Counted from the first letter of the stretch, positions 30,952 through 41,796 are shown. The stretch: 64,000 nt of DNA from an uncultured Clostridia bacterium (GCA_934129745.1 CAKOWZ010000008.1:1-64000), one strand, 5' to 3'. Notes: generated from the letters alone by a model not told the origin. Made by a program: numbers and translations.

Positions 30952-31725
30952 ATGAAAATATTAGCAATAGGTGACCTTGTAGGAGAAGGTGCCGTAAAAA
31001 AATTAAAAAAAGAATTACCAAAGATTAGACAAGAAAATAATATAGATTTTGTAATAGTTAATGCTGAAAATTCAGCAGGTGGAATGGGAATTACAACTAA
31101 AATTTTTGATGATTTATTAGATATGAATGTTGATGCAATAACAATGGGAAATCATACTTGGGGAAAAAAAGATATTTTTAGTTTTATAGATCATCCTAAA
31201 TTATTAAGACCGGCAAATTATTCAAAAGGAGTAGTAGGAAAAGGTCTTGGAATTTATGAATGTAAAGGTAAAAAAATTGCTGTTATAAATTTAATAGGAA
31301 GAACAGATATGAATGTTTTATCAGAAAATCCATTCACAGTAGCAAATGAGATGGTTGATAATTTACAAGGAAAAGTTGATATGATTTTTATTGATTTTCA
31401 TGCAGAAGCAACAGCTGAAAAGATTGCTATGGGAATATATTTAGATGGAAAAATTACAGCATTATATGGAACACATACACATGTTCAAACAGCTGATGAA
31501 CAGATTTTAGAAAAAGGAACAGGTTATATTTCAGATATTGGAATGACAGGTCCAAAATATTCTGTTATTGGAATGAATCCAGAAGCATCTATTAAAAGAT
31601 TTGTTACATCATTACCAGAAAGATATAGATTAGCTGAAGGTGAATGTATTTTAAATGGATGTATATTTGAAGTTAATGACGAAACTTGTCGAATAATGAA
31701 AATAAATAGAATAAATATGCGATAA
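30952..31725 (+). CDS. ymdB: YmdB-family metallophosphoesterase (2',3'-cyclic-nucleotide phosphodiesterase, TIGR00282)
   Basis: MKILAIGDLVGEGAVKKLKKELPKIRQENNIDFVIVNAENSAGGMGIT. Conserved rny-ymdB synteny. Confidence 0.85.
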   Translation: MKILAIGDLVGEGAVKKLKKELPKIRQENNIDFVIVNAENSAGGMGITTKIFDDLLDMNVDAITMGNHTWGKKDIFSFIDHPKLLRPANYSKGVVGKGLGIYECKGKKIAVINLIGRTDMNVLSENPFTVANEMVDNLQGKVDMIFIDFHAEATAEKIAMGIYLDGKITALYGTHTHVQTADEQILEKGTGYISDIGMTGPKYSVIGMNPEASIKRFVTSLPERYRLAEGECILNGCIFEVNDETCRIMKINRINMR

Positions 31726-31859
31726 TTGGAAAATATTGTAAATTCTTGACGAACGATTCTTTGGTTTTTTCTTAGAAACTACTAGACTTTTCGCACTTCA
31801 TATATTATAAATATAATTGTAGTTGAGAAAACAAAAAATTAAAATATAGGAGGCAAAAA

Positions 31860-32123
31860 ATGGAAGTTTTAAAAATCTCATCAAAATCAAATCCAAATTC
31901 AGTAGCAGGTGCTATAGCTGGATTGGTAAAGGAAAATAATTATGCAGAGATGCAAGCAATAGGAGCAGGAGCTTTAAATCAAGCAGTTAAGGCAGTAGCA
32001 ATAGCAAGGGGGTTTGTTGCACCATCTGGTGTTGATTTGGTTTGTGTACCAGCATTTGCAGAAGTTCAAGTTGAGGGTGAAGAAAGAACTGGAATTAAAC
32101 TTATTATTGAATCTAGAAAATAG
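31860..32123 (+). CDS. spoVS: stage V sporulation protein S
   Basis: 87 aa, MEVLKISSKSNPNSVAGAIAGL...GIKLIIESRK. rny-ymdB-spoVS synteny. Confidence 0.88.
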   Translation: MEVLKISSKSNPNSVAGAIAGLVKENNYAEMQAIGAGALNQAVKAVAIARGFVAPSGVDLVCVPAFAEVQVEGEERTGIKLIIESRK

Positions 32124-32142
32124 ATTAATATTGAAATTATAT

Positions 32143-32180
32143 AAGGGGGCATACAAAATTGTATGTCCTTTTTGTGTATT
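32143..32180 (+). terminator. rho-independent terminator after spoVS
   Basis: gggggcatacaaaattgtatgtcc hairpin followed by TTTTTG. Confidence 0.55.
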
Positions 32181-32335
32181 ATTTAAAGTGAACATAAAAT
32201 CAATTTTAAATATCTAGTTTTTAATTCAAAAATATTACTACCAAAAACTTAATAAAATTTGGGATTGTAATATTGAAAAAATATATAAAATAATATATGA
32301 TGTTAAAAAATTAAGAGAAAAGGAAATGCTTAAAA

Positions 32336-33907
32336 ATGGATTCAAAAAAAGTTAAATATGTTTTTATAATATTTGTGTGTTTTATAATAATTTTTGCAAT
32401 ATTTAAAATAAATTCTAATAAAGATAAAAAACAAATAAATGAAACACAAAATAATTCTGAAATTATATATCAAAACAGTATAAATCTAGGAGTTTCTAAT
32501 GTAGACACATTAAACCCATTATTAACTAAAAACAAACAATTAATTGATATTTATCAATTGGTATATGAGCCATTATTTAGTTTAGATAATGAATATAAAC
32601 TACAACCTTGTTTAGCAACAGAATATGCAAAAACATCAGCTATGACATATATTCTTAAAATTAATAATTCTATAAAATGGTCAGATGGAAGCAATTTAAC
32701 TGCTAATGATGTTAAATATACTGTTAATTTATTAAAATCAAAAGATAATCTGTATTCTGATAATGTAAAAAATATTGAAAGTGTTGAAGTTATTGATAAT
32801 ACTACAATTAAATTTAATCTAAATAAAGATATTTATTATTTTGAATATAATTTAATATTTCCAATAATGTGTCAAAATTATTATGGTGAAGAAGATTTTT
32901 TTACTACTGGCAAAAAGTATATTGGAACAGGAATGTATAAAATCTTTGAAACCTCTGATAATCAGGTGATTTTAGAAAAAAATGAAAATTATAGAAATCA
33001 AGATGAAATAAATAAAAATATAGAAAAGATTTATATAAATATTTTTGCAGAAATAGGTGAAGCTTATAATGCCTTTAAAATTGGAAACATAGATGTTTTA
33101 AGTACTTCAAGTGTATCATATGAAAACTATATTGGAACTATGGGATATTATGCTAAAGAATATCGTGGAAGAGAGTATGATTTTTTGAGTTTTAATTGTA
33201 ATGATAATATCCTAAAAGAAAAAGGTGTCAGACAAGCTATTGGATATGCAATTGACAAAGATAATATTGTTTCCACAGTTTTTAACAATAAGTATTATAC
33301 ATCAGATTATCCACTTGATTATGGTAGTTATCTATATCAAAATAGTACACCAAGTTCTGGATTTAATCCTGAAAAGGCAAAACAAATTCTTAGTGAATCT
33401 GGATGGATTTATAACAATAATAGATGGAGAAAAAATGGTAAAATTCTATCTCTTACAATTAGCACAAATTCAAGTAATTCACAAAGATGTGAAGTAGCTA
33501 AAAATATAAAATCACAGCTTGAAAACATAGGTATTAGTGTTAATGTTTTAGAGGTATCAGATTGGCAATATAATGCTTTATTGCAAAACAAAAATTATCA
33601 AATTCTGTTAACTGGTGTTTATAATTCATATTCACCTGACTTAACATATTTTTATGGAGAAAATAATTTAGCAAACTATAAAAATGATGATGTTAAAAAT
33701 ATGATTAATGATGTTAAAAACATTACTGATAAAAAGGTTTTAAGTGAAAAATATAAATCTATAATTGATATGACAAAAGATGATTCACCTTATGTTAGTT
33801 TATATAGAAATAAAAATACTTTGCTTTTAAATCAAAAAATTGTTGGTAGTTTTGAACCAATAAACTACGGAGTTTTTAGAAATTTTAAAACTTGGAATAA
33901 AGAATAA
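32336..33907 (+). CDS. ABC transporter substrate-binding protein, family 5 (Opp/Dpp-like), orphan
   Basis: N-terminal TM/signal anchor and family-5 SBP sequence pattern. No permease or ATPase genes adjacent. Confidence 0.65.
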   Translation: MDSKKVKYVFIIFVCFIIIFAIFKINSNKDKKQINETQNNSEIIYQNSINLGVSNVDTLNPLLTKNKQLIDIYQLVYEPLFSLDNEYKLQPCLATEYAKTSAMTYILKINNSIKWSDGSNLTANDVKYTVNLLKSKDNLYSDNVKNIESVEVIDNTTIKFNLNKDIYYFEYNLIFPIMCQNYYGEEDFFTTGKKYIGTGMYKIFETSDNQVILEKNENYRNQDEINKNIEKIYINIFAEIGEAYNAFKIGNIDVLSTSSVSYENYIGTMGYYAKEYRGREYDFLSFNCNDNILKEKGVRQAIGYAIDKDNIVSTVFNNKYYTSDYPLDYGSYLYQNSTPSSGFNPEKAKQILSESGWIYNNNRWRKNGKILSLTISTNSSNSQRCEVAKNIKSQLENIGISVNVLEVSDWQYNALLQNKNYQILLTGVYNSYSPDLTYFYGENNLANYKNDDVKNMINDVKNITDKKVLSEKYKSIIDMTKDDSPYVSLYRNKNTLLLNQKIVGSFEPINYGVFRNFKTWNKE

Positions 33908-34016
33908 AAACAAAAGATAATTTTTTTGAAAAATGTATTGACAAAGGATTAGATATAATGATATATTATATAAAGTGATACAAACAAATGTTTATTAGGA
34001 AAAGGAGAGGTTAATT

Positions 34017-35066
34017 ATGGAAAACGCAGAAAAAAGAAAAGCATTAGATGCAGCCATAGGGCAAATCGAAAAACAATTTGGAAAAGGTTCAGTAATGAAA
34101 TTAGGAGATTTTACAGCAATGAATGTAGAAGCTATACCAACAGGTGCATTAAGCCTTGATGTAGCATTAGGTATAGGAGGAATTCCAAGAGGAAGAATTA
34201 TCGAAGTTTTTGGACCAGAATCTTCAGGAAAAACAACACTTACTTTACACATGATTGCTGAAGCACAAAAATTAGGTGGAGAAGCGGCATTTATTGATGC
34301 TGAACATGCATTAGATCCTGTTTATGCTAAGCATTTGGGAGTTGATATAGATAACTTAATAGTTTCACAACCAGATACTGGTGAACAAGCATTAGAAATT
34401 GCTGAAGCATTAGTAAGAAGTGGAGCATTAGATATAATTGTAGTAGATTCAGTTGCTGCATTAGTTCCAAAAGCTGAAATAGATGGAGATATGGGAGATT
34501 CACATATTGGTCTACAAGCAAGATTAATGTCACAAGCATTACGTAAATTAGCAGGAGCGATTAATAAAACTAAAACTGTAATTGTATTTATTAACCAATT
34601 AAGAGAAAAAGTAGGAGTTATGTTTGGAAACCCAGAAACAACACCAGGTGGACGTGCTTTGAAATTTTATTCATCAGTAAGATTAGATATTAGAAAAATA
34701 GAAAATTTAAAACAAGATGGTGAAGTTGTAGGAAATAGAGCAAGAGTTAAAGTTGTTAAAAACAAAGTTGCTCCACCATTCAGAGAAGCAGAATTTGACA
34801 TTATGTATGGAAAAGGAATTTCTAAAGAAGGAAATATAGTTGATTTAGCAGTAAATCTTGATATTATTGAAAAAAGTGGTTCTTGGTTTAGTTATAATGA
34901 AACAAGAATTGGACAAGGAAGAGAAAATGTAAAAAAATTCTTAATTGAAAATCCTGAAATAAAGAAAGAAATTGAAGATAAAATTAGAGATAATTTTAAC
35001 AAAGCATTTGAAAAAAGTTTAGGAGATGTTCAAGAAACAGAAGAAAATGAAGAAGAGGAAGAATAA
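34017..35066 (+). CDS. recA: recombinase RecA
   Basis: GPESSGKTT Walker A, L2 loop region, acidic C-terminal tail. A candidate LexA-like dyad AAACaaatGTTT lies about 25 bp upstream. Confidence 0.95.
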   Translation: MENAEKRKALDAAIGQIEKQFGKGSVMKLGDFTAMNVEAIPTGALSLDVALGIGGIPRGRIIEVFGPESSGKTTLTLHMIAEAQKLGGEAAFIDAEHALDPVYAKHLGVDIDNLIVSQPDTGEQALEIAEALVRSGALDIIVVDSVAALVPKAEIDGDMGDSHIGLQARLMSQALRKLAGAINKTKTVIVFINQLREKVGVMFGNPETTPGGRALKFYSSVRLDIRKIENLKQDGEVVGNRARVKVVKNKVAPPFREAEFDIMYGKGISKEGNIVDLAVNLDIIEKSGSWFSYNETRIGQGRENVKKFLIENPEIKKEIEDKIRDNFNKAFEKSLGDVQETEENEEEEE

Positions 35067-35069
35067 TAA

Positions 35070-35525
35070 ATGATATATTCATTAGAAGAATTTGAAAAAT
35101 TTGACAAAATGAAATCAAAAGTTTTAAAATATGTTATATATAAAAAAAGAACTGAACAAGAGATAAGACAAAAATTTGCAAAAGAATTTGATGAAAATAT
35201 ACTAGATGATATAATTGAAGATCTAAAAGAAAACAAGTATATTGATGATTTCAAATATATTGAAAGAGCTGTTAGTGAATTTGTTAACTTAAAAAGCTTG
35301 TCATTAAAAGAAGTTAGATATAAGTTATTTTCTAAAGGAATTAAAAATAATTTAATTGATGAATATTTTTCTGATAATATAGCTGAATTAGATGAATATG
35401 AAAAAAAATCAGCATATAAGATTGTTTGCAAAAAAAGAAACATTATGGAAGATGAAGATATTAAAATATATCTTTTGAAAAAAGGTTATAAAGAAGAGAG
35501 TATAAAATATGCTTTAGACAAATAG
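35070..35525 (+). CDS. recX: RecX-like regulatory protein
   Basis: Starts 4 nt after the recA stop. 151-aa helical protein. Call made mainly from synteny. Confidence 0.55.
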   Translation: MIYSLEEFEKFDKMKSKVLKYVIYKKRTEQEIRQKFAKEFDENILDDIIEDLKENKYIDDFKYIERAVSEFVNLKSLSLKEVRYKLFSKGIKNNLIDEYFSDNIAELDEYEKKSAYKIVCKKRNIMEDEDIKIYLLKKGYKEESIKYALDK

Positions 35526-35541
35526 AAAGGATTGTTATGAA

Positions 35542-36306
35542 ATGCCAAATGTACTTACATTAGAAACAAATAAATATGAAATAAAAATAGATAATTTTGA
35601 AGGACCATTAGATTTATTATGTCATTTAATTGAAAAAAATAAATTAGATATTTTTGAAGTAAAAATAAGTGATATAACAGACCAATATTTAGATTATATA
35701 AATGAGATGGAACAGATGAATTTAGAAGTAACTAGTGAGTTTGTAGTTATGGCATCTACATTGCTTTATCTAAAATCAAAAACACTTCTTCCTAAAGAAT
35801 CAGAAGATGAAGAAGAATTAACAGAAGAACAATTATTACAAAGAATTATTGAGTATAAAAAATATAAAGAAATAAGCAAAAAACTAAAAGAAATGTATGA
35901 AGTATATTCTAAAAGAGTTTTTAAATTACCTGATGAAATACAATTACCAAAACAGCAACTAGAAAAAGATTATGATAAATCTATAATTCCTGAAATATAT
36001 GAAAAAATAGTTAACAAAAATAAAGTTCGTATTAACAAAAACGCTCAAAATATTCAGAAAATTGCTATTACTGATACATATACAGTTGGTAGTAAAGTTA
36101 AAGATATGTATAGGGAATTAATTAGACATAAAAAATTCGTATTTAACAAAATGTTTTCAGTAAAAAAACACAATAAAAATGAAGTTGTTACTGCATTTAC
36201 AGGTCTTCTTGAAATGTCAAGAAGAAACAAAGTTTTAACTGAACAAGAAGAATTATTTGGAGATATTACAGTTGTAAAAAAGCAAAATAAGAATGAAATA
36301 ATTTAA
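35542..36306 (+). CDS. scpA: segregation and condensation protein A
   Basis: FEGPLDLLCHLIEKNKLDIFEVKISDITDQYLDY kleisin N-terminus. Confidence 0.75.
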   Translation: MPNVLTLETNKYEIKIDNFEGPLDLLCHLIEKNKLDIFEVKISDITDQYLDYINEMEQMNLEVTSEFVVMASTLLYLKSKTLLPKESEDEEELTEEQLLQRIIEYKKYKEISKKLKEMYEVYSKRVFKLPDEIQLPKQQLEKDYDKSIIPEIYEKIVNKNKVRINKNAQNIQKIAITDTYTVGSKVKDMYRELIRHKKFVFNKMFSVKKHNKNEVVTAFTGLLEMSRRNKVLTEQEELFGDITVVKKQNKNEII

Positions 36307-36435
36307 ATGAAATAATATAAATTAATTAAATGAGATAAAATAAATGAAACAAGTAAACAGTATGAAATGAAATAGTATAAATAGTATAAAAATGGAAAAA
36401 ATAGTAATAATAAATCTTTTATATAAGGGGTTAAT

Positions 36436-37062
36436 ATGTTACTATTTTTTCGTATATTAGGAATAAGCATTGTGACCATAATCTGTATATTTATAATTCT
36501 CTATTTATTGTTTATATTTTCAGAAATAAAAATTATTATAAATCAAATAAAGTTTATATATTTTTTTGGGAAAAAAGAAATAAAATATGATTGTAAAATA
36601 GGATTATATTTATGTGGAAAAATAAAATGGTTAAGTTTAAAAATAAGCAATATGGAAAAGAAAAATAAAACAATAAAACAACATAATATATGTAGTATAT
36701 TAGAAAAAAATATTGTAAAAAAACAGATCAAAAAAATAAAAAACAATAATAAGAAAAAAACAAGTGCTCAAAAGAAAAAATCATTTCAAACAATAAGAAA
36801 AATGATAAAAAAGGTGAACATTGACAATATGAATTTACAACTAAAAATTGATACTGAAAATGCAATATTAACTTCATATTCAGTTGGGATTATTTCTACA
36901 ATTATACCTAATTTAGTAAGAAACCAAATACAAAGTTTTAATAAAAACGATTACAAATTTAATATTATTCCTTTATATAAAAATCAAAATTATATTTACT
37001 TTAAATTAGAAAGTATATTTAGTTTAAAAGTAGTACATATTATAAATATGTTAAAAATATAA
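36436..37062 (+). CDS. DUF2953-like membrane protein (YtfI-like)
   Basis: N-terminal TM segment and a Lys-rich middle. Lies immediately upstream of ytfJ, as in the B. subtilis ytfI-ytfJ pair. Confidence 0.4.
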   Translation: MLLFFRILGISIVTIICIFIILYLLFIFSEIKIIINQIKFIYFFGKKEIKYDCKIGLYLCGKIKWLSLKISNMEKKNKTIKQHNICSILEKNIVKKQIKKIKNNNKKKTSAQKKKSFQTIRKMIKKVNIDNMNLQLKIDTENAILTSYSVGIISTIIPNLVRNQIQSFNKNDYKFNIIPLYKNQNYIYFKLESIFSLKVVHIINMLKI

Positions 37063-37088
37063 TACGAAATTATGGGAGGAATATGAAA

Positions 37089-37505
37089 ATGAAAGATCAC
37101 CCTATAGAAAATTTAATGTTAACTGCAATGGAAAGCATTAGAAGCATGATAGATGTAAATACTATAATTGGAGAACCAATGGAAGTTTCACAAAATGTTA
37201 CTATAATACCAATTTCTAAAGTAGGATTTGGTTTAGCAGCAGGTGGAAGTGAATTTAAAGACGAAACATTAGAAGCATATTTACGAAAACAAAATTGTGA
37301 AGAAGAAATACAATACAGACTACCATTTGGAGGCGGAGCAGGAGTAGGTGCAAGCATAACACCAGTTGCTTTTATAATAGTCCAAGGAGAAACAGTTAAA
37401 TTATTACCAGTAGAACACAGTAATTGTATTGATAAAATTTTAGATTACATGCCAGATCTATTTGAAAAAATAGGAAAGATAATTGATAAACCAATATGTG
37501 ACTAA
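37089..37505 (+). CDS. ytfJ: sporulation protein YtfJ / GerW family
   Basis: TIIPISKVGFGLAAGGSEF...LPFGGGAGVGASITPVAFIIVQG. RBS ggagg sits 8 nt before ATG 37089. Confidence 0.72.
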   Translation: MKDHPIENLMLTAMESIRSMIDVNTIIGEPMEVSQNVTIIPISKVGFGLAAGGSEFKDETLEAYLRKQNCEEEIQYRLPFGGGAGVGASITPVAFIIVQGETVKLLPVEHSNCIDKILDYMPDLFEKIGKIIDKPICD

Positions 37506-37512
37506 TATAAAA

Positions 37513-37547
37513 TGTGAGCAATTGGGGACGCGTCCCAATTGCTCACA
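37513..37547. repeat. GC-rich palindromic REP-like element (35-bp palindrome) between convergent genes
   Basis: tgtgagcaattggggacgcgtcccaattgctcaca. Confidence 0.85.
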
Positions 37548-37573
37548 TCATTAAGATATACTACATAAAAATA

Positions 37574-38296
37574 TCATTTAAATTTCAAAATAGAATGTAA
37601 AGTTTTTCCATCAGCACTTTTTATAACAATACAATGTTTATCATTTTCTAAACAATAAGATGCTGTTATTTTATCATTAATTTTAATTTGATGTTTATAT
37701 AAAATTTCGAATTCATTTAAATCATTAAATTCATTAGAATCTCCAGGAAAAGCTTCAAGAGCAATATCTAAATAACATAGATTATTAACATGTTCATTAA
37801 TATCTATATCAGATTTTCTAATTGTGTAATCTATTGTCTTTAAATATGATTGTGGTTCTGAAAGTTTATCTAATTCAACTATATCAAAAACAGATTTGTT
37901 TTCAGGTTGGTATAATTCAAGAAGAGTATTTTCTAATCTAGCAATTTTTCCTTTTAAAACATCAATTAAAATCCATTTAGATGAAATAATTGCAATAGAT
38001 TCTCCTTTTGAATTAAATACTTCAAAATCCCTATAACAATATAGTTTAGTATATTGTCTAGCCCAAGTTTTTATTGTTACAATTTCACCATATTTAGGTC
38101 TTGATAATATTTTTACCTTCCAATTTAATAAAGCCCATGAATAATTTGTTTTTTCAATATCTGTAACACCATAACCAATACTTGCAGAATGCATTTCAGC
38201 AATATCTTGCAAAATAGATAAAAAACCTTTATTACTTATATTTGTGCTTTTACCAAGCATAGTTAAACTAATTCTAAAATCACGTGTAAAATACAT
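37574..38296 (-). CDS. acyl-ACP thioesterase
   Basis: 240 aa. Two hot-dog halves. WALLNWKVKI and NEHVNN patterns typical of FatA/B-like bacterial acyl-ACP thioesterases. Confidence 0.65.
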   Translation of the reverse strand: MYFTRDFRISLTMLGKSTNISNKGFLSILQDIAEMHSASIGYGVTDIEKTNYSWALLNWKVKILSRPKYGEIVTIKTWARQYTKLYCYRDFEVFNSKGESIAIISSKWILIDVLKGKIARLENTLLELYQPENKSVFDIVELDKLSEPQSYLKTIDYTIRKSDIDINEHVNNLCYLDIALEAFPGDSNEFNDLNEFEILYKHQIKINDKITASYCLENDKHCIVIKSADGKTLHSILKFK

Positions 38297-38434
38297 AAAA
38301 ATAGTACCTCCTCGATATGGTATTATATCATTTTTTTATTTTTTTTCAAGGTTCATCTAATAAAAAGTTGACGTTTATGGCAAAGTAGGATAGAATGCGT
38401 TTAGTATAAAATAAAAGGGAAGGAGGCTATAATA

Positions 38435-38810
38435 ATGAATAATAAAAATGACAGAAATAATTTTGAAGAAATAAACTTAAATCAAAATATGACAAATGAA
38501 AAAGATAAACACAAGTTTATTCAAGATTTTATAAATTTATTATCAATGAAAATGATTAAAAATCCTGATAAAAATATATTTGATGAAAACACAATTTTAG
38601 TTATAGATAGATTTGAAGAAAATATAGCAGTTTGTGAAAATCGTGAAACACGGTGAAATATCAAATATAGAAATATCAGAACTTCCTGAAAATGTAAAAG
38701 AAGGTGATATTCTTAGATATAAAGATAATAAATATGAAATTGATAAAGAAAAAAGAAAAGAAATAGAAGATAGAATCAATGAAAAATTAAAAAACTTATT
38801 TACAGAGTAA
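38435..38810 (+). pseudogene. DUF3006-family small protein, frameshifted
   Basis: Frame 1 reads ...ILVIDRFEENIAVCENRETR then stops at 38656. The +1 frame continues KHGEISNIEISELPENVKEGDILRYKDNKYEIDKEKRKEIEDRINEKLKNLFTE. Together these match DUF3006 (..ERFEG..AV.E...........LP...KEGD.L). Confidence 0.45.
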
Positions 38811-38909
38811 AATAAAAAACATAATAAGTTTACGACACAACAATTATGCTGCAATATGTAAACTGAAAGTAATAAAAAAACAGAAGAATAAAGTAGGGGG
38901 CAAAAACAA

Positions 38910-39845
38910 ATGAGTAATAAAAATGGTAAAAATGCAAATAAAACGATTAGCACAATAATATCAATAATAATTTTATTAGTAATAGCTATTTTTGGAGGAG
39001 ATAATATCCTAAATTCTTTTACAGCAAAAAGCCAAGAAATTGATGGTGCAAATGTTCAAGGTTTGGAAAATGTAATTGTTCAAACAGGAGAAAATTGTAT
39101 TTCAAAAATAGATGTAAATGAAGATGTTTTAAGAGTATATTATTTTGATGTAGGACAAGCAGATAGTATATTAATTGTAAATAATGGTCAATCAATGTTA
39201 ATTGATGCTGGAAAAAGAGAAAGTGGAGATGTTGTTGTAAATAATTTAAAAACAATAGGAATTCAAAAAATAGATTATCTTGTAGGAACACATCCGCATG
39301 AAGACCATATAGGTGGAATGGCGAAAGTTGTAGGAAATTTTGACATAGGAACAATATTTATGCCAAAAACTCCACATACATCTGCTACATATGAAAAACT
39401 AATTGATGAAATTGCTAATAAAAAGAAAAAAATAACAGTTCCAAAAGTTGGTCAAACATTTAAAGTAGGAAATGCTGATTGTGAAATAATGTCAATAGAA
39501 GATAATAAAGATAATTTTAATTTATGTTCAATTGTAATACGAATGGAATATGAAGGAACAAGTTATTTATTTACAGGAGATGCTGAAGAAGAAAATGAAT
39601 CAGCTCGTTCATGGCCACAAACTAATGTACTAAAAGCTGGACATCATGGTTCAAGAACAAGTTCATCTCAAAAATTCTTAGACCAAATAAAACCAAATTT
39701 AATAATAATTTCATGTGGTGCCAATAATGATTATGGTCATCCTCATGCAGAAACAATGGAAAAATTCAAGAAATTGAATGCAACTATATATAGAACAGAT
39801 GAAAGTGGTAACATATTAGTTATTCAACAAAAAAATAATAATTAA
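38910..39845 (+). CDS. MBL-fold metallo-hydrolase, ComEC C-terminal-domain-like, secreted/anchored
   Basis: Signal anchor. HPHEDHIGG and HHGS motifs. A DUF3006 plus MBL-fold gene pair is a known association. Confidence 0.72.
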   Translation: MSNKNGKNANKTISTIISIIILLVIAIFGGDNILNSFTAKSQEIDGANVQGLENVIVQTGENCISKIDVNEDVLRVYYFDVGQADSILIVNNGQSMLIDAGKRESGDVVVNNLKTIGIQKIDYLVGTHPHEDHIGGMAKVVGNFDIGTIFMPKTPHTSATYEKLIDEIANKKKKITVPKVGQTFKVGNADCEIMSIEDNKDNFNLCSIVIRMEYEGTSYLFTGDAEEENESARSWPQTNVLKAGHHGSRTSSSQKFLDQIKPNLIIISCGANNDYGHPHAETMEKFKKLNATIYRTDESGNILVIQQKNNN

Positions 39846-39894
39846 GATATAGTTGCAATTAGATAATATAAATAACAGAAAAGGAATGAAATAA

Positions 39895-40785
39895 ATGTTA
39901 GAACAATGTATGTTATGTCCACATAATTGTAAAGTTAATAGATTAAATGGAGAAGTAGGAAGATGTAAATGTAGTAATAAAATAAAAATTGCATTAGTAT
40001 CATTACATAAATTTGAAGAACCATGTATAAGTGGGGAGAATGGTTCTGGAACTATATTTTTTTCCAATTGTAATTTAAACTGTATGTTTTGTCAAAATTA
40101 TGAGATAAGTCATAAAGGAAAAGGATATGAAATAACAATTGAAGAACTTGCTAAAATTTTTATAGAACAACAAAAAAATGGTGCACATAACATAAATTTG
40201 GTAACACCTACAATGTATGTTGTGCAAATAATTGAAGCACTGAAAATTGCAAAAAAAGAGGGACTTAATATTCCAGTTATTTACAATACCAGCAGTTATG
40301 AAAATGTTGAAACAATAAAAATGCTTAAAGGATATATTGATGTGTATTTACCTGATTTAAAATATTATTCAAATGATTTATGCAAAAAATATTCTAAAGT
40401 AAATAATTATTTTGAAAATGCAACAAAAGCAATACAAGAGATGTACACACAAGTAGGCAAACCTATATTTAATGAAAAGGAAATGATTATTAAAGGAGTA
40501 ATAATAAGACATCTCATTTTACCAAATTATATTCAAAACACAAAAAATATTTTAAAATGGATAAAAGAAAATATGCCAGAAGATGTTTATATTAGTATAA
40601 TGACACAATATTTTCCGGCTTATAAAGCTATTGAAGATGATAAAATTAATAGAAAAATAAACAGAAAAGAATATAAATGCATAGAAAATTATTTATATTT
40701 ATTAGATTTGAAAAATGGTTATATGCAGGATTTTATTGAAAATGATAATGAAGAAAAATATGTTCCTAATTTTAAAAAAGAATAA
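39895..40785 (+). CDS. radical SAM protein (PflX/YjjW-like activating-enzyme family)
   Basis: CNLNCMFCQN CxxxCxxC cluster motif plus an N-terminal Cys cluster CPHNCKVNR...C.C. Confidence 0.7.
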   Translation: MLEQCMLCPHNCKVNRLNGEVGRCKCSNKIKIALVSLHKFEEPCISGENGSGTIFFSNCNLNCMFCQNYEISHKGKGYEITIEELAKIFIEQQKNGAHNINLVTPTMYVVQIIEALKIAKKEGLNIPVIYNTSSYENVETIKMLKGYIDVYLPDLKYYSNDLCKKYSKVNNYFENATKAIQEMYTQVGKPIFNEKEMIIKGVIIRHLILPNYIQNTKNILKWIKENMPEDVYISIMTQYFPAYKAIEDDKINRKINRKEYKCIENYLYLLDLKNGYMQDFIENDNEEKYVPNFKKE

Positions 40786-40802
40786 CATATAAAGAGAAAA
40801 AA

Positions 40803-40835
40803 CTTCCTGCTGAATCTGCAGGAAGTTTTAAACAC
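40803..40835. terminator. bidirectional terminator
   Basis: aacttcctgctgaatctgcaggaagtt hairpin with a flanking T run. Confidence 0.6.
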
Positions 40836-40855
40836 ATTAAACCAATTCAAATCAA

Positions 40856-41350
40856 TCAAATTAATCCAATCAAATTATTCCAATTAATTTCAATGGTATT
40901 GCCAAAATCTGAAACCAAAATTGAATTTTGACTTTCAAGAACTGTTACAAAACCTTTTTTATTATATCCATGTTGAGATTTAAATAATAAAACATTATGT
41001 TCGCCGTTTGAAAATACTTTTACTGGAATAAGTACTCCTTTTTCAGTCATCTTAATAATAGTATTATATGATGAACCATGAACTGTAATTTTGATTTTTA
41101 CAACACCAAAATTATCACTTTCGTAACTCAGTTCTGTTTCAGAATCTGGAAACCAAAAAGATTTAGGTGAAAGTGTATGATCATGTTTTAAATAATACAT
41201 AAGTTTTCCAAATGCTATTAAAATCTTTTCTAGTTTTGTAGTAGTTTGATGAGGAATAGTAACTTCAAATATCTTTATAGTATTTAAAGTTGATGTTCCT
41301 GTGTTGTCAAAGTTTGCAGAGGTAAGTGTGTTTTCATTTTTTAAGTACAT
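40856..41350 (-). CDS. hypothetical protein
   Basis: RBS aaggagat precedes the ATG at 41350. Confidence 0.5.
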   Translation of the reverse strand: MYLKNENTLTSANFDNTGTSTLNTIKIFEVTIPHQTTTKLEKILIAFGKLMYYLKHDHTLSPKSFWFPDSETELSYESDNFGVVKIKITVHGSSYNTIIKMTEKGVLIPVKVFSNGEHNVLLFKSQHGYNKKGFVTVLESQNSILVSDFGNTIEINWNNLIGLI

Positions 41351-41535
41351 AATTATATCTCCTTAAAGCAATTATTTTATAACATGATATTATAAAATAA
41401 TAGATATTGTAATAAGACATTAGCGTCAATAAACCTATTATATAATTTTTGTCGAAATTTGTCAAAAACTTATGAAGATATTGAGAAAAATTATGAAATA
41501 TTGAAAAAAATTACAAAGATGGCAAAAAAAATTGA

Positions 41536-41796
41536 CATAACATTGACAAGAAAATAAAATTATGCTACAATAAACAAGTCGAGCAAAAGCTCTTTATTAT
41601 AAATTAACCTGAACAATCACCGGATAAGGTGTTAAGATAAAGTTATAGGCAAAGCAGTTTTATACACAGATTTTTAAAATTAAGTCTGACTGCAAAAAAT
41701 CAAAAGAAGTTTTTAATAAAATAACGGACAAGTTATATAATTAAAACAAACAAAATTACCAAAAAGAAGTGAACGGACAAGTTCACTTCTTTTTAC
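41536..41796 (+). ncRNA. candidate small RNA (promoter to terminator, with no ORF carrying an RBS)
   Basis: TTGACA-17-TACAAT promoter at about 41536-41564. Terminator gaagtgaacggacaagttcacttc plus T5 run at 41767-41796. Transcript of about 225 nt. Confidence 0.3.
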
